Of a stretch of DNA of 64,000 nt, positions 23,901 to 38,544 are shown one piece after another. This DNA is from Octopus vulgaris (taxonomy: Eukaryota), in the NCBI GenBank assembly GCA_951406725.2, contig OX597819.1:89962001-90026000 (forward strand). The letters are read 5' to 3'. The stretch's first letter is position 1, and each line of letters begins with the position of its first letter. The notes below the pieces were generated by a model, which worked only from the letters and a program-made list of their open reading frames with translations, made no database searches and had not been told where the DNA came from. The translations under genes were made by a program, and so were the position numbers.

Positions 23901-26900
23901 ACACCATGTCTCCAGTCACCTCAGTTCTTAATCATCTCATCTATGAGATTTAACATCCAAGAGCAGGTCTTCTCATACAGGTCTATGTATGGATACATGT
24001 GCATGCATGCTTGTCCTATCGGTGTCTTGATATCGTTTAAAAAAATGTCACCATATTAATCAGTACCATTGTTAAAACTATGGAGCAGTTAGTTACTCAA
24101 AAAACCAGAGCAATAAGTACTTTAATTGGAAACAACTAAAAGTTAAAAACTGAAAGGGTGTATGGTCATAAAAGAAAAACCAAAAAATAAGTTTCCCCAT
24201 ACTAGTATGGGAAAAGTGGAAGTTAAAACAATGGTTATGATGTATATACTTGCATCATTTCTGATGTAACAGAAAAAGTGTCATCAACAGATCAAAGAAT
24301 TTGGAAAAGTAGTAGGGACGGAGTTTACATGTGTTTCTCAACTGGGGTTCATATGACCCTTGGTGGGGTTCTATAAGATTTTGCTGATAAAATTTATCTG
24401 CAATAAATTGCTTATGCTTCTACAATATACAAAATATTTTCATTTTCTTTTATGCAATTCCTAATAATATAAATTTATAAAAATATAATAGGATTTTTTT
24501 TAAAGATGGAATGGCCAGAAGGGTCCAACTGAATAAAATAGGAATCACAGGGGTCTATAAGTGAAAAATGATTGAGAAACGCTGGTTTACAGCATTAAGC
24601 TTACAAAAGTAATGCTTGAAAAGATGTTTATATCATACTTTTAGCCAATCCATGCTGATATGCCAAAAAAAAGCATTGATAATTAACCCTTTTGTTACCT
24701 TATTTCTATTGAGATGCTCTGTATTTCTTTCAATAAATTTTAAATATAACAAAGAATTTAGTAAAATATCTTAGTTACCAACCCGGCTGAAACCGCCTCT
24801 GGCTCTGAGTACAAATGTCTTGTTTTCATAAGTTTTCAATTAAAATCTTCCACCAAACCTTAGTCACAATTTATGTTCCTAACACTAGCTTAATGATAAT
24901 TAAGTTATTTTACTAAATTCTTTGTCATATTTAAAATTAATTGAAAGAAATACAGAGCATCTCAAAATCAATACAGTAATGAAAGGGTTAAGCTAGTGTT
25001 AGGAACATAAATTGTGACTAAGGTTTCGTGGAAGATTTTTAATTAAGAACTTTTGGAAATAAGACATTTGTACTACAGAACCAGAAGTGGTTTCAGCCAG
25101 GTTGGTATCAAAAGGGTTATGGAAAGTAACATTAATCACAAACAGATTCAAAGAATATGAACTTCTATTCAATATTTTGTCATAAAAACAGTAAAAAAGA
25201 TGAATGTACACCATACTAAATGAACGTGTGTCAGTGTTTGCCCAAAGAACTTGGAGTGAGTACTTACTAAGGAAGCATTTTGTTTTTTTCAAAATAGGAG
25301 TTAAAGACTCCCTCCTTTGTCTAATATTTTTATCCAAGGTGGCTGTAAGTAAAACACAAAAGAAATAAATGAAACTTAGAAAAAAGAAAAAAAGAATACA
25401 ACTACAGTTTTAAAAAAAGCAATTATGAAAACAAATTCAGTTACAACAGAAAATTGAACTTACGTGACAAAACAACTCGGCTGAGAGTCGGAAGGTCTAG
25501 AGTACCTTCAAGTGAAATTGAATCTGGGTTTTTGTCAGCTTCTTTTAGTATAGTCTCATCAACCCAGACTACTTCTTTTTCTCCATACCTTTGCCTCATG
25601 GTTTGATTATAATCCACTTGAAGTTCTGAGGAAAGCAGTTGATGTTGCTGAACTGTTTTATACAATTTTGTCATTGTTTGCTGCATGCTGTTTATCAACC
25701 TGGAAAGGAAAACAAAACCAGAATTCAGAACAGACATAGGCACGCCTCAACCATATGGCTTCAGGTTCAGTTCACTGTGTGACACTTTAGGCAAGTTTCT
25801 TCTACTATTGCCCTAAACCAATCAAAGCCTTATAAGTGGATTTGGGAGAGGGAAATTGGAAGAAGCCTGTTATATACATGTATATGCATGTGTGTGTATC
25901 TGTGCTTCTCCAGTGCTAGACAACTGGTTATTTTGTTTACATTCCCATATTATACTTTCAGATCTTTCATTATTATACTCCACTCTGTTAAGGATAAAAG
26001 ATCTTGTCCTGCAAGTACTTAATAACCCCACTAGTGTTAGTGCCATGTAAAAAGCACCCAGTATACTTTGTAAAATGGTTGGCATTGGAGATCAACACAC
26101 CCCTCTTGCTTGGTGGTTCCTGCCGAACTGTGCAGCCCATGTCAGCATGGAAAAATGGATGTTAAATGATGATGTAAACATGATGAAGACTCTTCACAAA
26201 CAATTTATTCAGTAGTTATGACTTGGATAACATCAAGAAAAAGAAAAGAGATTAACAATACAAATCACTATGATTTCAGGCAGAGAGGGTCTAAAATGCT
26301 TTTGTACATTACCTACCATATCCTCTGATTAACAAGTAAGGGAAAACATCTGTGCAAGGATGCTGAGTAGGGGTACATATATGACTGTGTTTAAAAAGCT
26401 CACTTCACAACCTCGTAGTTCCAGGTTCAAGCATAGCACTTTGGCCAAGTATCTCCCCTTGTTGTTTCAGGCTAACCATTGCTTCGTAAGTGGAATCTGG
26501 TCAGTAGAAACTTTGTAGAAGCTATTATATATGTGTGTATATGCGCATGTGTGTGCATGCACATCTTTTAAGAGTTGCACTTATCATACTTGACATAGTA
26601 AAAGCTGTGAACCACAAAATTATTCAGCTGGAACTCTATAAACCAATAACACCATTGTTCACACAAAAGAAAAGTGGGGGAAGTATTTAATGAGAGAATA
26701 ATAGTACATGGCTTGCAAATCAAATATGAATCCTACACTCTCAAATGAAACTACCAGCTCTGATAGTGACGAGAGGTAGCCCAGAATTTTATTAAGAAAA
26801 AAAAAAGAAAATTTAACACACCTGTCTTTCGAGTTATTCTCTACCTCTTGAAAGTTGGCTATTTTCTTTACGTGATTGATGTAAGTAAGAGAATCTCCCA

Positions 26901-29900
26901 GTTCTACTTCCAGATGGTGAGATCGTAGTTTCTCCTCAAGGAGCTGGAGGAAAGAAATCGTTAATATTACAACACAGAAAAAAAAATAACCTTTATATTC
27001 CGAAAAAACAAAATTCAATTCGAACAAAACAGACACACTTTTATAAAGGGAAGCAACTCTAAAATGTATAGGAAAATTAATAATTAAAGATTTTAAATGG
27101 AGAAAACTTCAGACAGATTATGAAGTACCACGTAAAAGAACAAATAATTAAATACCGCTGTTATCTTCTTCTCTCCATTCAGTGTCATTTCTCCCTGAAG
27201 TCGCTCCAAGTGTTTTTCATTTTCCACAAATTTCTCTTTCAAATTAGCAATATTAGTATCGATGCTTTTTATTCTTTTGTTGGATAAATCAATAGCTTTC
27301 TTAGTTTTCTGTAGGGGGAAAAAATGAGAAATTGAAATATTATAGACCGCCTTCTTTTTAACATGTTCTTTTTATCACAAAGTTCTAAAACACACAGATC
27401 TCTTCTCACACAGGCAAATGTTTTTATCTGACATGCTCTCTTTATTACAACCAGATCTTCTTTCAACAAATGGCTCTCTAATTAGTGTAAAGTTGCTGAT
27501 GAAGTTAAGAACCAGATTTTCAATATTTAGAAAATGTCGTCCACTCATGCCAACTATCTTCAGTTATACTTTTTAAAAGCAACCCATTAAGAGAGCGAAA
27601 TAGAAAAATTAAATGTCAGCTTCATTCAGTAGACATTTGTCAAATAACATTTCCTTAACTGTAGGTCCATGTCAAGCTATGTTACTACTATAGAAGGAAT
27701 AGCTTAAATGTCATCTCTGACTGGATTCCGACTAAAGCAGCAATCAACAACACACATAGAAGTAGAAGATAAAATACGAAAATTAGACAACTGATTACAT
27801 TGCAGCTTTGTAGTCAAGTGTATTTATCACTCATTGTTAAGGTGTTCCCCATAATTGTCGTTTAATTAGGGGGAAAAAATGATTTTGCAATGAAACAAGC
27901 ACATGATGAACCCAGCACTTTGTCTGCTAAATGAGCAGCGCCTAGACTTTAAACAGCTGAAGAAATTATTGATGATATTTATTCTTTGGATGAAGTGTTT
28001 AAACTTATGCTGGCAATGGAGAGTGATTTGGACAATCAAACAGGTGAAAGTGATGAGGAAAATAGCGACTCATGTGAACAAATACAGTAGTTGAGAGATA
28101 GGCCTATTATTGCTATTCGTTGAATTTTTTTTGATTCTGTACATCAGTTTGCCTGCAGTCATTAACTCTTGAGTCATGTATGTAATTATTTGTTTTGTTT
28201 TTTTTGCTCAGGAGCCCAGGCAGTAGTTGGAGTAAAATTAGGCACAGGGGCCCAGGTTTCAGAGGATTAAGACGGACAAGTGTAGCTAATTCTCAATACT
28301 TGAGCTTTATAAAAATCCTTACAAACTAACAAGAAATTAGGTGATTGCTTAACAAGCTAGAAACAGCAGCCAAATCTTTCTGAATCATGTTCTACCATCA
28401 TCATTTCATCATCATTTAGCATCCGCTTTCCATGCTAGCATGAGTTGGACAGTTCGACTGGGGTCTGGGAAGCCAGAAGGCTGCACCCGTAAGTCTGATC
28501 TGGCAATGTTTCTACGGCTGGATGCTCCTCCTAACGCCAACCACTCCATGAGTGTAGTGGGTGCTTTTTACATGCCACCGGCACAGGTGCCAGGCGGGGC
28601 TGGCAAACGACCACGGTCGGATGGTGCTTTTTACGTGCCACCAGCACGGGAGCCAGGTGAGGCTGGCAACAGTAGATGATGTTGTCTTGCATACACTAAT
28701 ACCTGAAATTAAAATGGGATGGTCATGTCTGGAATGAATTTTACTCACAAGCTCGCCCAAAAAGTATAAATCAAACAAATACATACATGGTCTGATCAAT
28801 AAGTATCCAGACAGTTGCTATAGTAACGAAGCTAAAGCACACAGAGTGAAGCCGCTTAGTACAGATCAACCTTCAACTCTGCTGTGCATGCGCACTAATT
28901 TTTAATGTTGTAGCTCATTTCCATTGTTTACAGCAGTGCTAGGAAGTAACATGTGCAGGGTGAGTTCATTGCATTGACCACGACAGAGAAAGTTGAATAG
29001 AGAATCTGCATCAAATTTTGCTAAAAACTTGGCGATACCTGCTCAGAGGCCTATGCAAAGTTTTCATTGTTCTTGACACAAAGAGATTTTGTGCAACTGT
29101 AACCTGAACATCCTTTTGGTCAGCTGAAAGCAGTTTTAGAATAAACTTGGCAGACATGCGTCTCATACCCAAATCTGCAATGATAATGGACTGAACTGAA
29201 CTGCAACTAATCTGCATATCCTCTGATAACTCACGGATGGTGATTCACCGATTTCACTTCAGTTTTTCTCATTTCTGCTGGTTGTGGGTCTCCCAGAACG
29301 TTTGTCAATATAGTCATTTTTTTGTCCATTTTGGAAACATCTGAACCACTCGTACACTTGTGTGCAACCCATATATACTTTCTGCAACTTTGCATAGGCC
29401 TCTGACAGGTAAAGTCATGACAACTTTCTCTATCATGGCCAGTGCGATGATCACACATCACTTTGAAGCACTGCTGTAAACAATGGGAGTGAGCTAGAAA
29501 GTTAAAACTTAGTGCACATGCACAGCAGAGGTCAAGGTCAACCTGTACCAAGCAGCTTCCCTCTGCATGCTTTAGCTTTGTTGTTATGGCAACAGTCCGG
29601 ATATTAATTGATCAGATCTTATATATTTGGCCAACTTACTTTTAACAGATGTTCATCAGTTTCACCCTGGTCCTCAGCTTCCATTTGTGTCAAAAGATGC
29701 TGTTTGCAGTGTATTTTCCAGCGGTTGGCACGTCGGTCACTTTCTTGCTTGAGGATCTCTTTGCGAATAGACTTCCTTTCAGTGAATAAATTATAAAGGA
29801 TTTCTTGTAATCTTAAAGAGAAAACAAAAATAACTATTACTGTCATATCTACTGCTGAATGAAAATCGAAAGACTGGATAAATATACAACAGCTAAATGT

Positions 29901-32900
29901 CCATTGATAAATTAATTTATAAAACATCAATTAGTAGCTCTCAAATGAAAGTAATATATGCTTTTAAAAGTTCAGTATAAACCTTTTTTCTTCTTCACAT
30001 TCTTGCAGTTTGGGTATGCTTGCTTTCAAATCTACACTTTCGTATTCCTTTAATTTAGTTTTAAGCTGCTGAACCTGTAAAATATAAATAATTAAATTAA
30101 ATAAATACAAAGACAGTGACTTTTTGAACAGGGACAAAAACTTTGAGATTCAGGAGGTAGAGGTGCAGGTTAGAATATGCTAAGAATGTGTTTATGTTAA
30201 TGGCTTAAGGCTACTAAGGGACAAAAGAGAACTGCTGCATCATAGGCAAAATCGAAGGTGGAACCATTTGGTTGCAAAGAAAACTTCTTAATCATACACT
30301 CTATCTACGACGAGTTCATCTCAATCGAAGGAGAGGGGCTTTCTCCGTCCGGGTTGCGGATCCGTGGAATAAGCTGCCGGACAAGATAGTGAAGATGCCG
30401 ACGACCGCTCGGTTCAAAGTCTCTCTTGACCAGAAATGGCCTGAACTCAGTGTATGAACACTCTCCCTGTACATTACTCCATGTTCCCCTACATGGCCTT
30501 GCTTTTGCTTTTTGAGCCAAAAAAATTTAATTAAAATTAAAATACAGCTATGTTTGCACCTATAATGTCTATAACAAGAAAACTTTGCTCCAAAAGAAAC
30601 CAACCTCTTCTCGAAGACCTTCAACAATTTTTCCATACTTGCTGATGTTAGACTTCACATTCATAATATTCTTCTTCAACTGTGGGAAAACAGAAAGCAT
30701 AAAAAAAAAATGAAAAATATATAGTAATATGCAAGTTAAGCATTAAGATTCAAGTATTATTAAAATTATTGAATTTCCGAGTTCAAGAATTAGAGTTCAA
30801 AACTTAAGTTTATGAATGATATTAGCCCTTTGCCTATCCAAAACATTTTCATATGTTTGTCTGAAATGCCAATGAGCTCAGTGGTTAGGGCGTCAGGTTC
30901 ACAATCATGAGGTTATGGATTTGATTCCTGGACCAGGCTGTGTTGTGTTCTTGAGCAAGACACTTTATTTCACATTGCTCCAGTTCACTCAGCTGCAGAA
31001 ATGAGTTGCAACATTACTGGTGCCAAGCTGTGTCAGCCTTTGCCTTTCCCTTGGATAACATCAGTGGTGTGAAGAGGGGAGGTTGGTATGCATGGACAAC
31101 TGCTGCTCTTTTATAAACGACCTTGCCCAGACTTGTACCTTGGAAGGTAATTTTCTAGATGCAATCCCATGGTCATTCATGACCAAAAGGGGGTATTTAC
31201 CTTTTACATACATTCTGCATAATATAAAGCTTTCCTTTCATAAATCCCAGTTTACTGTAGTGGTTGATAAAAAATTGGAAATGTACATCACATATGATGC
31301 ATGGACGCCAAGAAAATACGTCCTGTGTATCACCTGTAATACACAGAACAGGCAAAGGGTCAACTATCATTCGAGAGGTGTTGGATGGCTAAGTTCTCAA
31401 TTACAGATGATACAATGAGTCAATTACACTAATATTAGAACACAGACAAGTTGTGAACTTATCTTGATTAGATGTCAACTGTTAAGATGAAGACAATTCT
31501 AGATGGATGCTACAGGGAAGGTGCCTCAATGTAGTTGCTTGACTATACTTCTGATCATAAGTTTGCTCGATGGAATTTGACCTGAGACTGAATAATATCT
31601 TATTTTTTAGCATTTAGATTACACTGCCAAATATGCTTATTAATTCACATTGTTTTGAATTAATCAGGCATTATCTTGTAGCTTTGAGATTTTGATGATT
31701 AAAATGTTTATTTTTAAAATGACATTGTAGGATGGGTGTGAAAGGCAAAGTCTGGCAATTATGAACCACAAAGTAGGTAGAATATTAAGGATAGATATAG
31801 CTGGTTTAAGTACTAAAGGATCATATGAGGTTCTAGAATGAAAACTTGTGTGTGTATGTGTCTGTATGAGAGAGAGAGAGAGTGCCATTGCAGTTTAAAT
31901 GTGAGCTTCATTCCAATAAAGAGGTTTGACAGGAAAAAGTTTGACATTTTAGTTCAATGAAGATAACAAAGATAACATGGCTCTTAGTCTATATTACATT
32001 TCAATCTAAATATTAATAAGTTGTCATGTTAGCAATAGATCAAACATTGAGTAATACTGAAATACTTGTTTCAGATTTCAATTGCAATATTTTTTAATAT
32101 ATCTTTTTAAAGATCAAACAAAAATTGTATAATAGATAAAAGAACGCCTTGATTGTCAGTAAGACAGGATATATTAATAGTGAAACAAAGTAATAGTACT
32201 AAAACAATTAAAAAAAAAAACAGGTTGACCTAACATATGGCAGCTAATAAGATAAAACAACCATAATGAATTGCGCATCAACTTACATTGACTCGAATAT
32301 GTTTTGCTCTGTCAGCATACTTCAAAGTGTTGTATGTATCTTCGTATGATAAATGTGATGGACTGGAAAATAGTTGGGTTATCATTTTGTCAATAAAAAC
32401 AAACAAGAAAACATGTTGGAATAAAGATATATTGGATCCTAAAATTGTGTGCTTTCACGTGAAAAATTCAGCATTGTTATGATCCTTTTTGCTTAATTCT
32501 GTCATTATTTTCTTCCATCTATGTGTTGAGGGCCAACAAATGCCATAGGCCCTTTTTTTTACCCCAAAACAAAACTTGAAACATGTGATTACTTCAGACA
32601 ATGTGCTGCACTAGAAACCAAAAGAGTTTCTATATAGTTTTCAACCTGTTAGAAATAGTAACTGAATTCCTCTAAAACCACACCATACCATCTTAAAAAG
32701 AAGGGCACAATGGATAAAGTAGTTCTGCACTTATCTGAAATAACATGGGATGGTCATGACAAGAATACTTCGATCATAGGTTTGCTTGATTAGAGTTGAC
32801 TTGAGGTAAAACGATAATGAACTATTACCCTTCTTCAACAGTCATCTGTATGTATTTAGGAACACTTTTTACTGCAGATCTTTCTAGCTAAATTAATATT

Positions 32901-35900
32901 CCTATAGACTATCCCATTCAGGCTTTTGAAAGAGTGTATCTACTCAACAAGCTCACAGATTACTATCATCGTCATCATCATTTAATGTTTGTTTTCAGTG
33001 CTGGTTTGGGTTGGAAGGTTTGACCAGAGCTGGTAAGGCCAGGTGCTGCACCAGGCTCTATTGTCTGTTTTGGCATGATTTCTACAACTGGATGCCTTTT
33101 CTAGCACCAACCATTCCATAGAGTGTAATGTATTTTTCAAAAACATTCCAAGGAATCCACACAGGAAAGCACTGCACTAGGTGATCCCCTTACTGAAGTG
33201 GAGAAAGTTTTGAAGATGTAAAATTGGAAATCAGAAAGGCTTTTAAACCTGGGAAAAAAATCACAATGTCAACTCCTAGACTATAGTCTGCAGTCCATCT
33301 TGATAGCTTCTTCATTAGCCACTATATAGATAGAAGCATTTTAGCAATCCACATACCATTAATGTTCTATAACATTCCATAATCAAATGATAACTTCTTG
33401 GTTATCATCATCAATCAAACATTTATGTTGATGGTACTCACCTCCATAAAGTTTTCATATGCTTTAAGTCACAACATAACAATCACATTTAACAGATGTT
33501 GCTGACTAACCAACTAACTCACCATAAATACCACCAATGCCTGACTGGCTCCTGTGGCGGTGGCACGTAAAAAACACAATTTGAACGTGGTTGTTACCAG
33601 TGCCACCTGACTAGCTCCTGTGCCAGTGGCACATAAAAAGCACCATTTGAGTATGGTCGAAACCAGTACCGCCTGACTGGCCCTCGTGCCAGTGGCACAT
33701 AAAAAGCACCCACTACATTTTCTGAGTGGTCAGCATTAGGAAGGGCATTCAGCTGTAGAAACTCTGCTAGATCAGATTGGAGCCTGGTACAGCCTTCTGG
33801 CTTGCCAGCCCTCAGTTAAACCGTCCAACCTATGCCAGCAGGGAAAGTGGACGTTAGAAGATGACAATGATGATGAACTCTAATAATTAAATATATAATT
33901 TTGAAATTACAGCTCATTAAAATTCAACAAATTATTCTAAAACAATTCAAACTAAACAAATTGTTGGTGCAATGTTTTATAATTTTCAAAATACAGCATT
34001 ATTTTTCATGTATCAACAATTTAATACAAACAGAACTGAATAAAAACGGGTTTAAATAAACTACAATTTTAGCACCTACCTTACAGCAGCTATCATAACT
34101 GTCCTGCAGTTGCCACCAATAGAGTCTTTAAGTAAACGTGTCAGCTTACTGTCCCGATATGGAATATAACCTTTAGTCTGTAAAAGAACAATAGTAAAAC
34201 ATACAAATAACAGAAGCACAAGGACTCAAATTTTGCATTATTGGTTAAGCTTGAATGGTATCTATCCCTTGAAGGATGAAAAGCAAAGTTGACCTTGGCA
34301 GTAATATATACAAATGCTAAAGTAAATATCCTACTTGTAGCAGCTATGTATTATTTTACTTGTTCCTGCTCAAAGGCTGTAGCTGGGATTGTTATTATTT
34401 TCAACAGGATATATTTTTTATACAGAACATTTAATGAATCAATGTTAAATGTTACTTAAAGCAAACATTTGAAAGGACAGGTCTCCAGCATTCACATCAC
34501 AATAAGGCATAAAAGAAATTAGGGAGAAAGGGTACACTTGCTCAACACCACCTCTTGAACCTAGGTGCTTTTAACTTTTGAGCAGAGTTCATTCTGTTAC
34601 AAGCATGAAGATTACTCAGCTGAGAATAACAAAAGTCCTTGTACTGCAGCCCATCCAAGCTTTGAAAGGGTGTATCTACTAAACAAGCTCACAGACCATC
34701 AGTATATTTTTTGAAAATCTTCCAGTAAATTTGTGGATCCACACTAGAAAGTAGTGCAATAAGTGGTCCCATTGTTGGACTGGAGAAGAGTTGTGAAAGT
34801 GGAAATCAGAAAAGCTTTTAAGCCTGGGATAAAAATCACAATGTCAACCCCTAGTACCATTGATTATTAGAGAACACCAGTGATTTGAGATTTGACAGAT
34901 CAGGCAACTATGTAGAGGTTCTTTCACTGGCTTGTTTTCTTTTGTTAAGTCTAGAAAATATTTCAATCCTGATTGGTTGCTAACTTCAAAATATACAAGT
35001 ATAAGGTGGTAAGCTGGCAGAACTGTTGGTATACTGGCATATGTCTTTTACCATCTCCAACCTGCAGACAAAACTGAAGGATAAGCCCATTCGTCCACTC
35101 CAAGTTTTTCAGTCATCTACCTTTTATAAAACCCATGCCAGCCTAAAAAATTATTCAACCAGTTAAGGAAATTAATATTGGTTTTTCAAATGAAATATTG
35201 TCTTAGACTTTGAACATGCAACCATTTGCTTCAGTGTGGTAAAAATCTGTAAACATTTAGCTCAGATTGACTCTTTCATATTTGATATAGAAATAAATGA
35301 TTTGCATGGCTCAGTTTTGATAACTTACCTTTTCATCAGCCAGTGCATTAATAACATTCCCCAATGCTAGTAAAGACCGATTGATATTGGCTCCTTCTCG
35401 CATTCTGGGACCCCTGTTACTTGTTGCAGTACCACGCTCAGAACCGGCCAGGTCAACCAAGCACATTTTGGCAATATGGACTGATTTTACTAAATTAGCT
35501 GTTCTATCAGACTGCTTTACGAACACCTACGAAGAAACAAAAAGTATATATTGTTTTAAATAATTAATGATAACAAAAATGAAAACAAAAAAATGATTAA
35601 TTAATTGATGTGGAAATATTGTTCTTTTGTTTTGTTCAAGATAAAACACTTTCAGAAATTTTGCAGAGAGAATGTTCAAGGAATAAGTTCAATTTAATTT
35701 ACAGAATTTAAATGTTGCCTTGATTTTCCTGCAAAGAAAAGATATAAACTCCTTCTAAACACTTTTATACAATATGGGTTAAAATGTTATATCTATGAGA
35801 CAAATTTAATTTATCAATGCTTATTTCAGAACTCAAGGAATATGTAAAAGAGAGAAAAAAATAACAAGAGAATGTGAGCATATTGTTACAATTCTCTCTC

Positions 35901-38512
35901 TCTCTCTCGTATTTTGTACTTTTTATATTTGTATATTTTATTTTACTCAAAAATGCAAATATGAAAAAGAAATAGTTTTGGTTCTCAAAAGAACAAGTGT
36001 TTGATTTTATAAACTAAATATATAAAATAAATATCAGAACGAAATTCAATAAGACAACCATTCTTTTATTGGTTTCAGTCACTTTGGAATGCAACCACAA
36101 TGGAGCACTGCATGCAATTGATTTGTCTGGTATTTATTTTATCGATCTTTATTAATCAGTTTATTGAAAGTCTCAGGCCATAGTGGTGTAAAGGGACATA
36201 ACTCGGACTAAATACCACAAGACGTTATATTTAGTCCAAGTTCACGGTAATTGGTTTAGCAGTAATACACACATGCATATACAACTTATTTCCGTACAGC
36301 CTCCACCTACAAAATTTCACACAAGGGGTTTTGCTCAATCCATGGTTATGTTGGCAGAAGACATGTATCTAATGTACTGCACGGTGGAACTGAACCCAGA
36401 ACCTAGTAATTGCAAAGCAAACATTTTAACTGAGCCATGTCTGTATCTCGATATGTATTTACTTTTCATATTTACATGTTCAGCTTTTAATGTTTTAACT
36501 GTAAAAATATAAACAAAAAACGATAGGGGGTGGCCAAAGCTTGCATGCCAGAGTGATAACAGGTATGTTCAACCATATCTGAGTCAGTGCTGATACTCAA
36601 TAAGTCCACCATATAGAAGATTTTTAAGAAGCCTCATTATTTCTAAATAACTTCAAATAATAACATAAGAATTGCTTCAATAATTTGTTTGGATAAGGGT
36701 GTAAACTCTTATTAAATCTATTTCTGCAAGAGAGAGAGAAAGAGCAAGAGGGAGCGTGAGAGAGAGTGTGTGTGTGTGCACACGTATGTGTAGGCATGGC
36801 TGTATGGCAAGCACTTTTAGCCCAGTCACATGGTTCCGAGTTCAGTCCCACTGTATGGCACCTTTCAGTAACTGACAACTGCTGTTCGTTTGTTTACTTT
36901 CTTGTAACTTAGTGGTTTGACAAAAAAAAGAGTGATAGACTAAATATTCGGCTGGAAAAAGTACTGGGGTTGATTTGTTCAACTAAACCCTTCAAGGCAG
37001 TGCCCTAGCATGGCCACAGTCTAATGACTGAAATGAGTAAAAGACAGAAGATATATCATCATCATCATCATCACCACCGCCACCATCATTTAACGTCCAA
37101 TTTCCATGCTGGCATGGGTTGGACGGTTTAACCAGGGCTGGTAAACTGGAAGGCTGCACCAGACTCCAGTCTGATTTGTCATGGTTTTCTAAGGTTGGAT
37201 GACCTTCCTAACATCATGGCATCAGACAAAGTGTGTTGCAGTATGTAATTATGTATCTCTATGTTCTAGGTTCAAATTCTGCTGAAGCCAATGTTGCCCT
37301 TCGTCCTGCTGACATCAATAGAAGTAAAAACTATTCAAGTGCAAAGGTGGACATAAATGAAGCTACACCCTTCCTCAAATTTGAAGCCTTGTACTTATGT
37401 TAGAAATCATTTTACGAGGTCTGATCAATAAGTATCCGGACTTTTGCCATAGTAACAGAGCTAGGCATGCAGAGTGAAGCTAGTCGGCAAAGATTGACCT
37501 TGAACACTCCTGTGCATGCTCACTTCCACTGTTTACAACAGTGCTTGGAAGGAAGGTGTGTAGTGTGTGATCGTCACATTGACCATGACAGAGAAAGTGG
37601 TCATGCTGATACCTGCTCAGAGGTCAATGCATAGTTGTAGAAAGTGTATGGAGAGGAGCGTATAAGTTGTACACAAGTGTACGAGTGATTCAGACACTTC
37701 CAAGATGGTAAAAAAAATGTCAATATTGACAAACATTCTAGGAGACCAGCAACCAGCAGAACTGAGAAAAACATCACAGATGTGTATGCAGCTGTGGGGA
37801 GAAATCCTTGAATCACCATCTGTGAGTTATCTGAGGATGTGCAGATTAGTTATGGTTCAGTTCAGTCCATTATCACTGAAGATTTGGGTATGAGATGCAT
37901 GTCTGTCAAGTTTGTGCTAAAACTGCTTTCATTTAACCAAAAAGACACTCAGGTTTCAATTGAACAAGACCTTCTTGATTGTCGAGAATGAAAACTTTTT
38001 GAAAACTTTGCATAGGCCTCTGAGCAGGTATCACCAAGCTTTTGGCAAAATTTGATGCAGATCCTCTGCTCAACTTTCTCTGTCGTGGTCAATGTGACAA
38101 TCACACACTACACACCTCCCTTCTGAGCACTGCTGTAAACAGTAGAAGTGAGATAGAACATTAAAACTTAGTGCACATGCACAGCAGAGTTGAAGGTCAA
38201 TCTTTGCCAAGCTGCTTCACTTTGTGTGCTTTAGTTTCGTTGCTATGGCAACAGTCCAGATACTTATTGACCAGACCACGTGTTCACTTGCAGTAGACAT
38301 ACAACTAAATAGAAACACCTACATCACTCTTACATTTGTTTACTAGCTCAAATAACATCAGATATACCTGAAAAACAGCATGAGATCGAGACGATTCTGC
38401 ATTAGCATCTGTTGGGTGTTGTGAACGGTTCTGATTTCCAAAATATAACATTTTCAACAAATCCTGCTCATCTTGAGGCTGGAAATAGAAAGGAAAAAAA
38501 ATTACATTATGC

Positions 38513-38544
<32 letters not shown>

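Noticed and set aside
23152-29814. Two AAG acceptors (23152-23154 and 29812-29814)
   Set aside because: Uncommon but standard U2 acceptors with good pyrimidine tracts.
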